Shown in pieces: positions 10,699 to 20,722 of a stretch of 64,000 bases of DNA (position 1 is its first letter; each line of letters starts with the position of its first letter). The DNA is taken from the NCBI GenBank assembly GCA_963806225.1, contig CAWDXG010000001.1, forward strand, positions 704,001 through 768,000, in the 5' to 3' direction. A program made the position numbers and the translations under genes. The DNA is from an uncultured delta proteobacterium. GTDB taxonomy: Bacteria; Myxococcota_A; Polyangia; Polyangiales; Polyangiaceae. Below the pieces are notes generated by a model. That model was given only the letters and a program-made list of their open reading frames with translations, was not told where the DNA came from and did no database searches.

Positions 10699-11535
10699 AC
10701 CCCCGCCACGATATAGGCGAGCCAGCCGGGCTGGTTCTCGGCGCGCCGTGTGGGGCGATAGTCTTCCTCGTCCTCTTCCTCGGCCTGGTCCCAGTACACC
10801 TTCACGTCGGAGAAACCGGCCTCGCCCAGCAGTTCCGTGAGCTCGGGCAGCGTCCAGTAGCGCCACTCGTAGGTGAAGGCCTTTTCCAGCTTGGTGCCGT
10901 CCTTGAACTCGAAGTGGATGTAGTTCGTCACGTCATGCGTGATGGGGTCGAACTTGTCCTGATCCCACACGTACGTGAACCCGCCCTTGATGGGACGGCT
11001 CTCGTACATCGGCTCGAATGCTTCCCAGCCGCCGTAGGCGTCGAGCATGAAGAGCCCGTCCGGGCCGAGCGAGCGCTTGACCGTCTTCAGGTAGTTCCGC
11101 ATCTCGTTGCGCGTCCTGAAGATCCAGTAGCTGAAGTTGAACGCCACCACGATGTCGAAGCGCCCGCGCACGCGGTCGCGCACGTCCTGCCGGAGCAGCG
11201 TGATCCGCGAGGCGTCGCTGCCGAGCGGCTCGATGTTGTGCTCGCGGCCCCAGGCCAGCACCTCCGGATCGATGTCGACGCCCGTCGCGGCGCGCTCGCG
11301 GCCGTTCTTCACCCACTCGCCGCACAATAGCGCCGTGCCGCAGAAGTCCTCTCGCAGCGACAGCGCAGGCCGCTTGCGCTTCTTCTTGAAGACGCGTTCG
11401 ATGAACTTCGCCTCGGTGACGACGTTCCTGCACGCTCAGCTGGTAGAGCACCTGCTTGTCGGCGTTCTTCGCCGAGAAGCGCGGGTTCTTCGTCTTCTTC
11501 TTCCTGCGGGTCCGGGTCTCGGTTCGGGGGCTCAC
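10695..11535 (-). CDS. Class I SAM methyltransferase (+1 frameshift at ~11427)
   Basis: N-terminal part ...[11 protein letters not shown] joins [42 protein letters not shown]. Span is 3n+1. Confidence 0.8.
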
Positions 11536-11544
11536 GTTTCCTCG

Positions 11545-13488
11545 CTATCTTTCCATCACGATGATGCCGAACTTGTCGTCGTCGTACAGGCGATCGAAGA
11601 TCTCGGCGAACTTCTTCTCGACGTTCTTGCGCTTGACCTTGAGCGTGGGGGTGACCTCGTCCTCTTCCAGCGACAGGTCGCGGTCGAGCAGATAGACGCG
11701 CTTGACCTGCTCGACCCGGGAGAGCTTCTGGTTGCCCTTCTTCACCGCGTCGGCGATGCGCTGCCGGAGCTCGGGCAGGGCCGTCACCTTCGCCATCAGC
11801 TCGTCGAGGCCCTCGGGGCGGGCCAGGGGGTTCGCCATCAGCGCGCGCTTCATCGGCTCCACGGCCGCCGTGTCATCCACCAGCTTCTTCTCGACGCCGA
11901 TCTCGATGCAATCCAGCGGATTGAGCGTCAGGAGCGCGGTGATGTACGGCCGCCGGTCGCCGTGCGCGTGCACCATGCTGATGATCGGATCCTGCGTCTT
12001 GATCTCGTTCTCGATGTTGGCGGGCGTGAGGTTCTTGCCGCCCGCGGTGATGATGATGTGCTTCTTGCGGTCGACGATGTACAGGTACCCCTCGGCGTCT
12101 TTCTTTCCGATGTCGCCGGTGTGCAGCCAGCCGTCCTTGTCGACGGTCTCGGCGGTGGCTTCGGGGTTCTTGTAGTAGCCCTGGAACACGGTCTTGCCGC
12201 GCAGCAGGATCTCGCCGTCGTCGGCCAGGCTGTCCTCGACGAAGTCCAGCGCTTTGCCCACCGAGCCGAGGCGCGCGGCGCCGGGGCGGTTGGTGTGCGA
12301 GACGACCGTCACTTCGGTCATGCCGTAGACCTCGTAGATCGGAAAGCCCGCGCCCCAGAAGAAGTCGAGGATGCGCCGCGGGATCGGCGCTGCGCCGGTG
12401 ACGAAGTACTTCACGTTGCCGCCGAACACCGCGCGCAGCTTGCTGAAGACCAGTCGATCCGCGAGCTGGTGCTGCAGCCCGAGGCCAATCGGGATGGTCT
12501 GCCCTGCCTGCCAGCAATCCACCACCTGCTGGCCCACCGCCTCGGCCCAGCGGAAGATGCGTTTCTTCGCAGGCGGTGCCTTCTCCACCTCGCTCTGGAT
12601 GCGCGCGTACGCCTTCTCGAAGATGCGCGGCACGCTGCCGAAGATGGTCGGGTGGACCTCTTTGACCTCGTCGAGCACTGCCGGCACGCTCGACGCGTAG
12701 GCGGCGCAGGTGCCCCAGTTGATGCGCCCGTAGAACGACAGCACGCGCTCCGCCACGTGCGCCATCGGCAGGAACACCAGGCTGGTATCGTTCTGGTCGA
12801 AGGGCATGATGGCGGCGCCGCCGAGCAGCACCAGGATGTTCTCGTGCGAGATCATCGCGCCCTTGGGCGGCCCGGTGGTCCCGCTCGTGTACACGATGAT
12901 CGCCGTCTGCGCGGGCTCGACGGCGCCGACGCGCTCGTCGATGCGGCGACGATCCGCCTCGGTCGCCATCGCATCGTCGAAGGCCACGATCCAGTCGTGC
13001 TCGCGCAGCGCCTCCTCGACGTCGTGGGTGTCCCACACGACAACCAGCTCGAGCTTCGGCATTTCTGCCTTTTTCTCGATCAGCTTGATGAGCTGTTCGG
13101 CGTCCTCGACGAACACCACGCGCGTGTCGGAGTGGTCCAGGATGTAGGCGAGCTGCTCGGTTGTGAGCGTCGGATAGGCGCCGACCGTCACCGCGCCGGT
13201 CAGAAGCCCTGCCATGTCGCAGATGCACCACTCGGGCCGCGTGCTGCCGACGATGGTCACCTTGTCGTCGAGCGCGATGCCGCGGTCGAGCAGGAACGTC
13301 GCGACCGACGCCGCCGCCCGATAGAAGTCGTGCCAGGTCGACGTGACCCACTCGCCTTTCACCTTGCGCATCCAGGCCGGCGCGCTGGGCGTGCGCTCGG
13401 CGCGCTTGAGGAAGAGGTCCGGCATGCTGCGCGCCTGCCCGGCGAGCGGGCGCGCGGGCTTCTTCGGCGAAATCGTGGCGTCGAGCAT
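11545..13488 (-). CDS. Long-chain fatty acid-CoA ligase
   Basis: YTSGTTGPPKG, YGMTE, GWLHTGDIG, DRKK.IIITAGGKN, TPTLKVKR. Confidence 0.92.
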   Translation of the reverse strand: MLDATISPKKPARPLAGQARSMPDLFLKRAERTPSAPAWMRKVKGEWVTSTWHDFYRAAASVATFLLDRGIALDDKVTIVGSTRPEWCICDMAGLLTGAVTVGAYPTLTTEQLAYILDHSDTRVVFVEDAEQLIKLIEKKAEMPKLELVVVWDTHDVEEALREHDWIVAFDDAMATEADRRRIDERVGAVEPAQTAIIVYTSGTTGPPKGAMISHENILVLLGGAAIMPFDQNDTSLVFLPMAHVAERVLSFYGRINWGTCAAYASSVPAVLDEVKEVHPTIFGSVPRIFEKAYARIQSEVEKAPPAKKRIFRWAEAVGQQVVDCWQAGQTIPIGLGLQHQLADRLVFSKLRAVFGGNVKYFVTGAAPIPRRILDFFWGAGFPIYEVYGMTEVTVVSHTNRPGAARLGSVGKALDFVEDSLADDGEILLRGKTVFQGYYKNPEATAETVDKDGWLHTGDIGKKDAEGYLYIVDRKKHIIITAGGKNLTPANIENEIKTQDPIISMVHAHGDRRPYITALLTLNPLDCIEIGVEKKLVDDTAAVEPMKRALMANPLARPEGLDELMAKVTALPELRQRIADAVKKGNQKLSRVEQVKRVYLLDRDLSLEEDEVTPTLKVKRKNVEKKFAEIFDRLYDDDKFGIIVMER

Positions 13489-13557
13489 GGGTGTCCCTCC
13501 AGTGACGGGACGGCTGTTCTATCCCACTCCCCCCTCGATTTCGACTGTCAATCGCGC

Positions 13558-14859
13558 CTAGTGCCGGTGCGGCTGCTGGCAGCGCAGCGTCCGGGCCCAG
13601 GTGCGGCGATCGGCGACGTAGGCGACGAGCGCGCCGTGCACCAGCGCGGCAACAGAGACGTTCGAGAACGCGCCGGCGCGGGCGACGAGCACGGGTGCGC
13701 CGAGCTTGTCGCCGTCCAGGGCGGCGAGGTGCAGCTCCTGCGGCGAGCCGGGCGTCGCTTCGGCCGGCCGCGTGTAGAGCACCACGGCCTTGCCGCAGAC
13801 GCGCGCCGTCGCGAGCGGCGCGGGGTCGAGCCCATTGGGAAATGCGCGCCAGGTGACGGTCGCGTTCATCGTCGGCCGGGTGCCGACGTCGATGCGCGCC
13901 AGCCCGAAGCGGGTGATGTCGCGCTCGAGCGGCAGAAACGCCCACACGTCGCTGTCCGGCGCGGCCACGGCGGACAGCTCCGTCAGCGGTTGCGACGCTC
14001 CGCCCACCCACACCACCACGTCCTTGCCGAGCTTCGGCTTGTTGCCGTCGAACGTGATGGTCCGCGCGTGCACCGGAGACATCGCGGTGCGCCCGGCCAG
14101 CGATACCGCGACGAGCCCGCTGTCCGTGCGCGCGAGCGCGATGCTGTTTGCTCCCGCGGCGTCCGGCGAGATGTCGATCGTCCCGCTGCCCTGCACCCAC
14201 AGGTGCGCGCGCAGCCCGCCCGCCCCGTGCGCGATGTACGCCACGGCCGGCGGCTTCCCATCCGGCGCGCTCGCCACTCGCGTGCCGTCGCGCGCGTCGC
14301 TCGCCAGCACTTCGGGCTTGTCGCCTCCGTCGACGGCGTGGCGCAGCAGCTTGCCGGCGCGGATCCAGTAGGCGTAGCCGCCCTGTAGCGCGGGCCCGCG
14401 CGCCAGCGCCACGAACGCGGCGGGGCCCTGCTCCACCGGCGCGATCGGCGTCGCAACCGGCCGCTGCTTCGCGTGCGCGAGCTTTGCGGCGTCGAGCTTC
14501 GCAACGGCGACAGCGCCGTCGCGCGTCACCATGACGACACCCTGCGCGCCGGCCGTTGCTGGACCGGCCGGGCCCACGTCGGAGAGCTCGTCGATCACGT
14601 ACGGGCCCTTGCCGTTGGCCAGCGCGTCGTCGGCGTGCGGCGCCTCGTCTTTCTCGTTCGACGCGGCGGGGGGCCGGTCGGCGGGAGCGCTTCGCGTTGC
14701 CGCGGGCGGTGCGGGCGCGGGCTTCGGCGCGCTTTTGCCCGGGCTCACGGGGACCGGGGCTTCATGGGGCTTCGCGTCGTGCTTGTCGCAGCCGGTCAGG
14801 AGCGACGCTGCCGCCAGCGCGCACGCCCCGATCGCTGGCGTTCGCCGACGCACTCCCAT
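13558..14859 (-). CDS. Hypothetical lipoprotein (beta-rich)
   Basis: Lipobox LLTGC, Pro/Ala linker, GC3-biased ORF. Confidence 0.7.
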   Translation of the reverse strand: MGVRRRTPAIGACALAAASLLTGCDKHDAKPHEAPVPVSPGKSAPKPAPAPPAATRSAPADRPPAASNEKDEAPHADDALANGKGPYVIDELSDVGPAGPATAGAQGVVMVTRDGAVAVAKLDAAKLAHAKQRPVATPIAPVEQGPAAFVALARGPALQGGYAYWIRAGKLLRHAVDGGDKPEVLASDARDGTRVASAPDGKPPAVAYIAHGAGGLRAHLWVQGSGTIDISPDAAGANSIALARTDSGLVAVSLAGRTAMSPVHARTITFDGNKPKLGKDVVVWVGGASQPLTELSAVAAPDSDVWAFLPLERDITRFGLARIDVGTRPTMNATVTWRAFPNGLDPAPLATARVCGKAVVLYTRPAEATPGSPQELHLAALDGDKLGAPVLVARAGAFSNVSVAALVHGALVAYVADRRTWARTLRCQQPHRH

Positions 14860-15160
14860 TCCGGCTTTGTGCCACAGCAGCGCCACGGCTGCCTGTGGAT
14901 CCCGCGGGTGGCCCGAGCTCGCGGCGCTGGACACGCTGACCTGGCATGAACCCTCTGCCCGGCTGCGAGCCCATCCACTATTCTTCAACAGGTAGTAATT
15001 GCAGGAGTTTTTTACGCGCAGGCGGGCGCACATCAGAATACATAGTGCGTTTTGCACCTACATCCTGTATAGAGCGCTCTCCAGGCCGGCAATGCTGTCC
15101 CGCAGGTCGCGACCTCGCGTCGTGAAGCGGGCTCATCAGTCGGTGGAGAACGAGGCAGTC

Positions 15161-17230
15161 GTGTTCAAGAAGGCAGTACTCCTTGGGTGCTCGTTGCTTG
15201 TTGCTGCGTGCGGTTCGAACGCCAACACCGACTTCAACGGCAACGGCCCGGGTGCGGCCGCCGGAGCCGCCGGAGTCGGCGGTCAAGCGGGCAGCGGTGG
15301 TCAGGCGGGCAGCGGCGGAAGCGGCAACGCCGGTGGCAGCTCCGGCGCGGCGGGCAACGCCGGCGCGGGCGGTGCGGCTGGCAACGCGGGTGCAGGTGGC
15401 AGCGCCGGAAGCACCGGCAACCCTGGGCTTCTCATCACCGAGATCATGGCGAACCCGAAGGCCGTGAGCGACGACGTGGGCGAGTACTTCGAGGTCGAGA
15501 ACTCGAGCGGTGCCGCGATCGATTTGAAGGGCTACCGGATCTACGACGGCTACGGCAACTCGCACGTCATTGCCAACGACGTGAACGTCGACCCCGGCGC
15601 CTACGCCGTGCTGGCGCGCAACGGCGATCCCAAGGTCAATGGCGGCGTGATCGCCGACTACGTCTACGACAACTTCTTCCTGTCGAACTCCCACGACGCG
15701 ATCAAGATCGATGATCCCAAAGGCAAGCTGGTCGCTTCGGTCGAGTACACGACCTCCGCACCCTGGCCGGCCGCCGAGGGCGTGGCCATCGAGCTGTCGG
15801 ACCTGAACAAGGATCCGGCCGATCCTGCCAGCTGGCAGCTGGCGAAGAACCGCTACGGAACGGGAGATCTCGGCACGCCGGGTGGCCCGAACGGCTGGAG
15901 CCCCGACCCCTACACGCTGGATGCGAACGACCTCGGCTGGCAGGACCCCGATCTCCACGGGAGCCTGTTCTTCAGCTACTTCGACCAGCCCAAGAAGGCG
16001 ATCCTGTCGGCGCTCGCCACGGCCAAGACCTCCGTGCACATCGCCATGTTCAATCTGCGTGATGGCGACATCATCTCGGCGCTGGGGGCGCTCGCGAAAA
16101 AGGGCGTCGATGTGCAGATCCTGCTCGACAAGAAGGACATGCAGCAGACCTACAACCAGGCGACCCTGCAGGCGATGACCGCGGCGGGTCTTTCGCCCGT
16201 CGGTATCGACAACACCAGCGCCACCGACGCTACCATGCACGACAAGTTCACCGTCGTGGACGGCCGGACCGTGCTGACCGGATCGATGAACTACTCCGGC
16301 AACGCCCTGAAGCTGAACGACGAGGAGCTCCTGCGCATGGACGACGCCTCGGTGGCCTCGCTCTTCGAGACCGAGTTCGACAAGCTGAAGGCCGGGGGGA
16401 CCAAGACGGCTACGGCGGCGATGACTGATCCGGTGCGGGTTCTGTTCGGTACCGAGGACAAGCTCTACAACGTCACGGCCGACGAGATCAGGGCCGCGAA
16501 GAGCAGCGTCTACGTCGCCATGTTCTCGCTGAACATCCAGAAGCTCGTCGACGAGCTCATCGCCGCCAAGCAGCGAGGCGTGCATGTCGTCGTCGTGCTC
16601 GACAAGGTCCAGGCCGACGCCAGTACCGAGGACGAGCAGCTCGAACAGGCTGGCATCCCGGTGCTCCGCTACGAGAATACCCGCGGCAGCGCGGGCAACA
16701 CGGGACTGGTGGAGCTGCACAACAAGCTGTGCGTGATCGACGGCAAGACGGTGCTGATGGGCTCCTACAACTGGACCAATCTCGCGAGCTTCTTCAACGA
16801 CGAGAACATGCTGGTGCTCACGTCGGAGCGGCTTGCTACCGAGGCGAACCGCGAGATCGCCCAGATGATCAACGACCATGACCCGGCTTTCGACCCCTCG
16901 GCGGTCGGCTTCGCCGCTGGCAATCGCAGCGTGAAGTTCAGCGTGCGCGGACTGACGCTCGACGCCGGCGCCGGGCTCTACCTGGTGGGCAACGTCGACG
17001 CCCTCGGCGCCGACAACTACGCGCTCGCGCTGCCGCTCACGGCTGCATCGGGTGGCACCTGGCAGGCGTCCGTCGATCTGCCGGCGGGCAGCGCGTTCAG
17101 CTACCAGATCATCGCCAGGAACAAGATCCGGCACAATCACACCGAGCCGGTCGCTGCGAGCCAGTTTACCGTGCCCTACGCCGCCGGACCTGCGCTGATC
17201 GATCACGCGTTCGGCAAGACGCTCGAGTAG
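15161..17230 (+). CDS. Lipoprotein: lamin-tail domain + two PLD (HKD) domains + CBM20-like domain
   Basis: LVAAC lipobox; ITEIMANP..EYFEVEN..IDLKGY..GTPG (LTD); HDKFTVVD..GSMN and HNKLCVID..GSYN; LYLVGN..LG..W..VDLP.G..FSY (CBM20). Confidence 0.85.
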   Translation: MFKKAVLLGCSLLVAACGSNANTDFNGNGPGAAAGAAGVGGQAGSGGQAGSGGSGNAGGSSGAAGNAGAGGAAGNAGAGGSAGSTGNPGLLITEIMANPKAVSDDVGEYFEVENSSGAAIDLKGYRIYDGYGNSHVIANDVNVDPGAYAVLARNGDPKVNGGVIADYVYDNFFLSNSHDAIKIDDPKGKLVASVEYTTSAPWPAAEGVAIELSDLNKDPADPASWQLAKNRYGTGDLGTPGGPNGWSPDPYTLDANDLGWQDPDLHGSLFFSYFDQPKKAILSALATAKTSVHIAMFNLRDGDIISALGALAKKGVDVQILLDKKDMQQTYNQATLQAMTAAGLSPVGIDNTSATDATMHDKFTVVDGRTVLTGSMNYSGNALKLNDEELLRMDDASVASLFETEFDKLKAGGTKTATAAMTDPVRVLFGTEDKLYNVTADEIRAAKSSVYVAMFSLNIQKLVDELIAAKQRGVHVVVVLDKVQADASTEDEQLEQAGIPVLRYENTRGSAGNTGLVELHNKLCVIDGKTVLMGSYNWTNLASFFNDENMLVLTSERLATEANREIAQMINDHDPAFDPSAVGFAAGNRSVKFSVRGLTLDAGAGLYLVGNVDALGADNYALALPLTAASGGTWQASVDLPAGSAFSYQIIARNKIRHNHTEPVAASQFTVPYAAGPALIDHAFGKTLE

Positions 17231-17345
17231 CGCGGGAGCCGGCTTTGCGGCCGAAGGTCGGGCGCTGCTGCGGCGAACGCGGCAGCGCCCGGATTTCCGG
17301 ATCCCGACCCTGGTTCCCGGCGGCCATGCGCGCTATCCGGCGGTC

Positions 17346-18245
17346 ATGATGACGCAAGCGAACAGGCTGGCAGTCGTCCTGGGCGCTGTGCTGGGGACAG
17401 GCTGCGCCAACTCGTCCCCGCCACCGAGGAATCCCGGGTCGCCGGAGGCGTCGGCCGCGCCGTCCGGCGCGAATCCGTCCACGGTGACGCTCTCCACCAC
17501 GAGCGAGCTGCCGCGCCCCAACACGCAGCCCGATGCCGTCGTTGCCGTCCAGATCAAGGCGGACGGATCGGTGTTCATCGACGCCAAGCGCATTGCCGGC
17601 GCCAAGGCCATCGGTGCGACCATCGACGCGGCCCATCCCGGCGATCACTCGAAGCTGCAGGCCCTGGTCTACGCCGACAGCGAGGCGCGCTACGGCAGCG
17701 TGATCCCCGTGCTCGACGCCCTGCGCCGCGACGGCGTGACGCGCATCGGCATCGTTGTGCGTCCGCCGGACGAGAAGAAAGCCGAAGCGAGCGCGACCCC
17801 CGCCCCGGGCGCCGCAGCCCCCGCGTCGCCGCCGCCCACCGCCTCTGCTGTGCCCGCTGCGCCGGCAGTGCCGAACGAGTCGCCGCCCGACGAGCCGCCC
17901 GGCAAGCTGCCCGAGGTCAGCGTGGAGAATATCGGCCTGCACATCGGCGGTGGTCCCAACGACGACGCGAGCAAGGCGCCTTTCAGAAAGGCCATCGAGC
18001 CGCACTTCGACGACTTCCGCGCCTGCTACGTCAAGGTTGTCGAGCCCGACAAGGGCGGCACGTTCGGCGTCGATCTGCGCGTTGGCCGCAACGGCGGCAA
18101 GCCCGAGGTGCGCCAGCCGCGCACCGGCATGAAGGGCAAGGGCTTCCGCGATTGCATGGTCAGCGTGTTCCAGGGGATCGACTTTCCTGCGCCGCACAAG
18201 CCCGTGGTGTTCAGCTACTCGCTCAGGTTCCGGGTTGGGAAGTAG
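17346..18245 (+). CDS. Lipoprotein: ExbD/TolR periplasmic domain + AgmX/PglI (TonB-C-like) domain
   Basis: LGTGC lipobox; IKADGSVFID..YADSEARYGSVIPVLDALRRDGVTRIGI; FRACY..DCMVSVFQGIDFPAP..FSYSLRF. Confidence 0.7.
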   Translation: MMTQANRLAVVLGAVLGTGCANSSPPPRNPGSPEASAAPSGANPSTVTLSTTSELPRPNTQPDAVVAVQIKADGSVFIDAKRIAGAKAIGATIDAAHPGDHSKLQALVYADSEARYGSVIPVLDALRRDGVTRIGIVVRPPDEKKAEASATPAPGAAAPASPPPTASAVPAAPAVPNESPPDEPPGKLPEVSVENIGLHIGGGPNDDASKAPFRKAIEPHFDDFRACYVKVVEPDKGGTFGVDLRVGRNGGKPEVRQPRTGMKGKGFRDCMVSVFQGIDFPAPHKPVVFSYSLRFRVGK

Positions 18246-18330
18246 CCAGCGCTTCGCAGCGTCAGTGCCCAGCGCTGTCGCTTGCCTTCGAGAGCGACGC
18301 GCGCGTATCCTATTGTCCAGCGAGGTGAAC

Positions 18331-19222
18331 ATGCGGAATTTGGGTCGTGATTGGAAGCGTGCGTGGGTTCTCTCGCTGATGCTCTGCGGAGCGGCCTTCG
18401 GGTGCAGCTCCGGTTCTTCCAGCGGGCAGGGCACTGGCGGTCAGAGCGGCAAGCTCGGCCAACCGGGTTGTACCCGCAATCCGGACTGCAGCGCATGCGG
18501 CGACTGCTATTCGAGGTGCTACTGCTATACCTCCAGCGCGAAGTGCGCCGGAGACTGCGGCTTGGGAACGGGCGGTACCGGTGCAACCGGCGCGGGCGGC
18601 ACGGGCACGGGCGGCTCGGGCGCGGGCGGCTCGGGCACAGGCGGCTCGGGCACAGGCGGCTCGGGCACAGGCGGCAGCTCGGGCAGCGGCACGGGCGGCA
18701 GCTCGGGCAGCGGTACCGGTGGCAGCTCGGGCAGCGGCACCGGCGGTAGCGGTACCGGTGGGACCACCTCCGATCCCTTCGCAGCGGCGCGCCAGAAGTG
18801 TATCGACCACATCAACGCGCTCCGGAAGACCAAGGGACGCGCACCGTACACGCGCTGGACCTCCATCGAATCCTGCGTCGACGGCGAGGCGACCTACGAT
18901 TCGACCCACGGCCCCCACGCTGATTTCATCGCCGGCAATACCTGTGGGGCGTACTCGCAGGGTGAGTGTCCGGGTCAGGGTCCGAGCTCGGTCACCCAGT
19001 GCATCGACCTGATGTGGGCGGAGAAGGACCAGGCGATCTGCTCGGGCTGTGATTCCTGTCCCAGCATGCAGCAGTGCTTTGCCGGCAATTGTCCGAACTG
19101 CCAGTGCACGACGTTCCAACCCGACCTGCGGCCACTACGTCGCGCTGGTGGTCGCCTCGCAGTCGATGGCGGCCTGCGGCTTCAGCACCGGCAGCCCGTA
19201 CATGACCATCGACTACAAGTGA
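18331..19222 (+). CDS. Cys-rich lipoprotein with CAP/SCP-like domain (+1 frameshift at ~19115)
   Basis: AFGC lipobox; CIDHINALRK..MWAE; after the shift CGHYVAL..AACGF..IDYK*. Span is 3n+1. Confidence 0.65.
18565..18765 (+). repeat. Coding Gly/Ser/Thr linker repeats (15-bp GTGGS and 24-bp GTGGSSGS units)
   Basis: Seen directly, e.g. ggcacaggcggctcg in tandem. Confidence 0.85.
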
Positions 19223-19251
19223 CCGCCGGGGCGGGGCTGGGGCCGCAGGAC

Positions 19252-19566
19252 ATGAAGCGTGGACTTGCGATTGCGCTGGTTGCTGCGACGGCGATGCTCG
19301 TCGGATGTGGTTGGACGCGGAACCAGAAGGAAGGGGTCAAGCTGGCGCTGACCCAGGGGTTCAAGACAGGCCTCGCCAAGCACAAAAAGACGATCGACGA
19401 CAAGACCGTCAACGCCTGGGCGACGTGCGTCGCCGACAAGGTCACGAAGCGGTGGAAGTCGTTCAACCAGTTCAAGGCGCACCAGCGCGATCCGGACGTA
19501 GCGAAATTCAGGAACGATTGCGCGGACCAGACCAAGCTCTTCGCCGCGGTGACCGACGCGAAATAG
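19252..19566 (+). CDS. Small basic lipoprotein, hypothetical
   Basis: AGGA RBS, MKRGLAIALVAATAMLVGC lipobox, two further Cys. Confidence 0.75.
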   Translation: MKRGLAIALVAATAMLVGCGWTRNQKEGVKLALTQGFKTGLAKHKKTIDDKTVNAWATCVADKVTKRWKSFNQFKAHQRDPDVAKFRNDCADQTKLFAAVTDAK

Positions 19567-19591
19567 GGCGGCGGGGCTGGCAGCCCGGCGA

Positions 19592-20701
19592 TCAGGTAGG
19601 GTCGGGCGGTCGGTCCGGCCGTGCCGCGAAAGCCCGCGCTTCCTCGCGGACAGCACGCCAGGAGCCGAGCGCCTCCTTCACGCCGAGGTGGTAGGCGATG
19701 GCCAGGATGGCTTTGTGGGTTGCGATGGCCGGCAGAGGCAGCCCAACTCGTTTTAGCCCCTCGCCCAGTGAGCGAAGCCCCGCGATGCCGCCGCGCCCCA
19801 GCCGATCCGACCAGCAGAGCGAGCGGACGGCCAGCGCGTTCAGCCTGCTGCCGTTGACCAGATTCCTGAGCGGGTGGGTGTCCGCCGAGTGGTCGTGTTT
19901 CTCGTGGATGTAGACCGCGCTGCGTCCGTAGGCCACCTGCCGCGAGAGCCACGTCGACCACGCCCCCACGCGGGAACGGTGGGTCGCCGCTGCACCTTCC
20001 ACGAAGACGAAATGTGCACCCGCCTGCAGCAGCCGAACCCCCATCTCGAGATCCTCGCCGAGCCGGAGTTTTTCGTCGAAGCCGCCTCCCTCGAGGTAGG
20101 CCGCCCTGGAGAGCGAGACGTTCTGCGTGACGAACGCACTCGGCTGCGCGCGCAGCGTGCCCCGGGCCAGGCCCTGGTGCAGCTCCAGCATGGCCTGCGT
20201 CCGCACCGCTTCGTACAGAGGCTGCTGCTCCCAGCCATCTTCGGGGACAACCCTGCCGATCACCACGGTCCGCGGCCCGCCCGCTTCGAGCGCCTCGAGG
20301 TGGGCGGCGAGGAAGCCGGGAACGAGATCCATGTCGTCGTCGATCACGCAGATCCACGGGGCCGTGCTGTCGAGGATGGCCCGGTGCCGCGCCACCGACT
20401 GGCCCGCGTTGTCCTGGAACACGGCGACGAGCGGTAGGCCGCGTTGGGTCGCTTCCGTGAACAGCGCGCGGTAGGCTGACTCGTGCTCGTCGCGTCCGTC
20501 CACCACCACGCGCACCTCGAAGGATTCGCGCGCGAGCGTCTGCCGCTCGAGCGAAGCCAAAAGCGTCCGCATGGCGTCGGGCCGGCGGTAGGTCGCCACC
20601 ACCAGGACGAGTTTTCGGATCGCGGCAGAAATGCCCCACCTCCCGGCCAGCAGGTGCCAGCCGCCACGCGGAACATAATAACGCCGAGCGGTCCGGGCCA
20701 T
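19592..20701 (-). CDS. Glycosyltransferase family 2
   Basis: VVATYRR, VVVDG, NAGQSVAR, IDDD, GGFDE..GEDLE; start uncertain. Confidence 0.88.
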   Translation of the reverse strand: MARTARRYYVPRGGWHLLAGRWGISAAIRKLVLVVATYRRPDAMRTLLASLERQTLARESFEVRVVVDGRDEHESAYRALFTEATQRGLPLVAVFQDNAGQSVARHRAILDSTAPWICVIDDDMDLVPGFLAAHLEALEAGGPRTVVIGRVVPEDGWEQQPLYEAVRTQAMLELHQGLARGTLRAQPSAFVTQNVSLSRAAYLEGGGFDEKLRLGEDLEMGVRLLQAGAHFVFVEGAAATHRSRVGAWSTWLSRQVAYGRSAVYIHEKHDHSADTHPLRNLVNGSRLNALAVRSLCWSDRLGRGGIAGLRSLGEGLKRVGLPLPAIATHKAILAIAYHLGVKEALGSWRAVREEARAFAARPDRPPDPT

Positions 20702-20722
20702 GGCCCGAGGGAGCGCGAGCTG

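Noticed and set aside
11137..14388. 1083-aa plus-strand ORF
   Set aside because: Antisense shadow of the acyl-CoA ligase and the lipoprotein
14978..17206. 742-aa minus-strand ORF
   Set aside because: Mirror of the PLD lipoprotein gene
18565..18765. Non-coding repeat or iteron array
   Set aside because: Encodes a Gly/Ser/Thr linker, like those at ~15250, ~32080, ~43240 and ~51480
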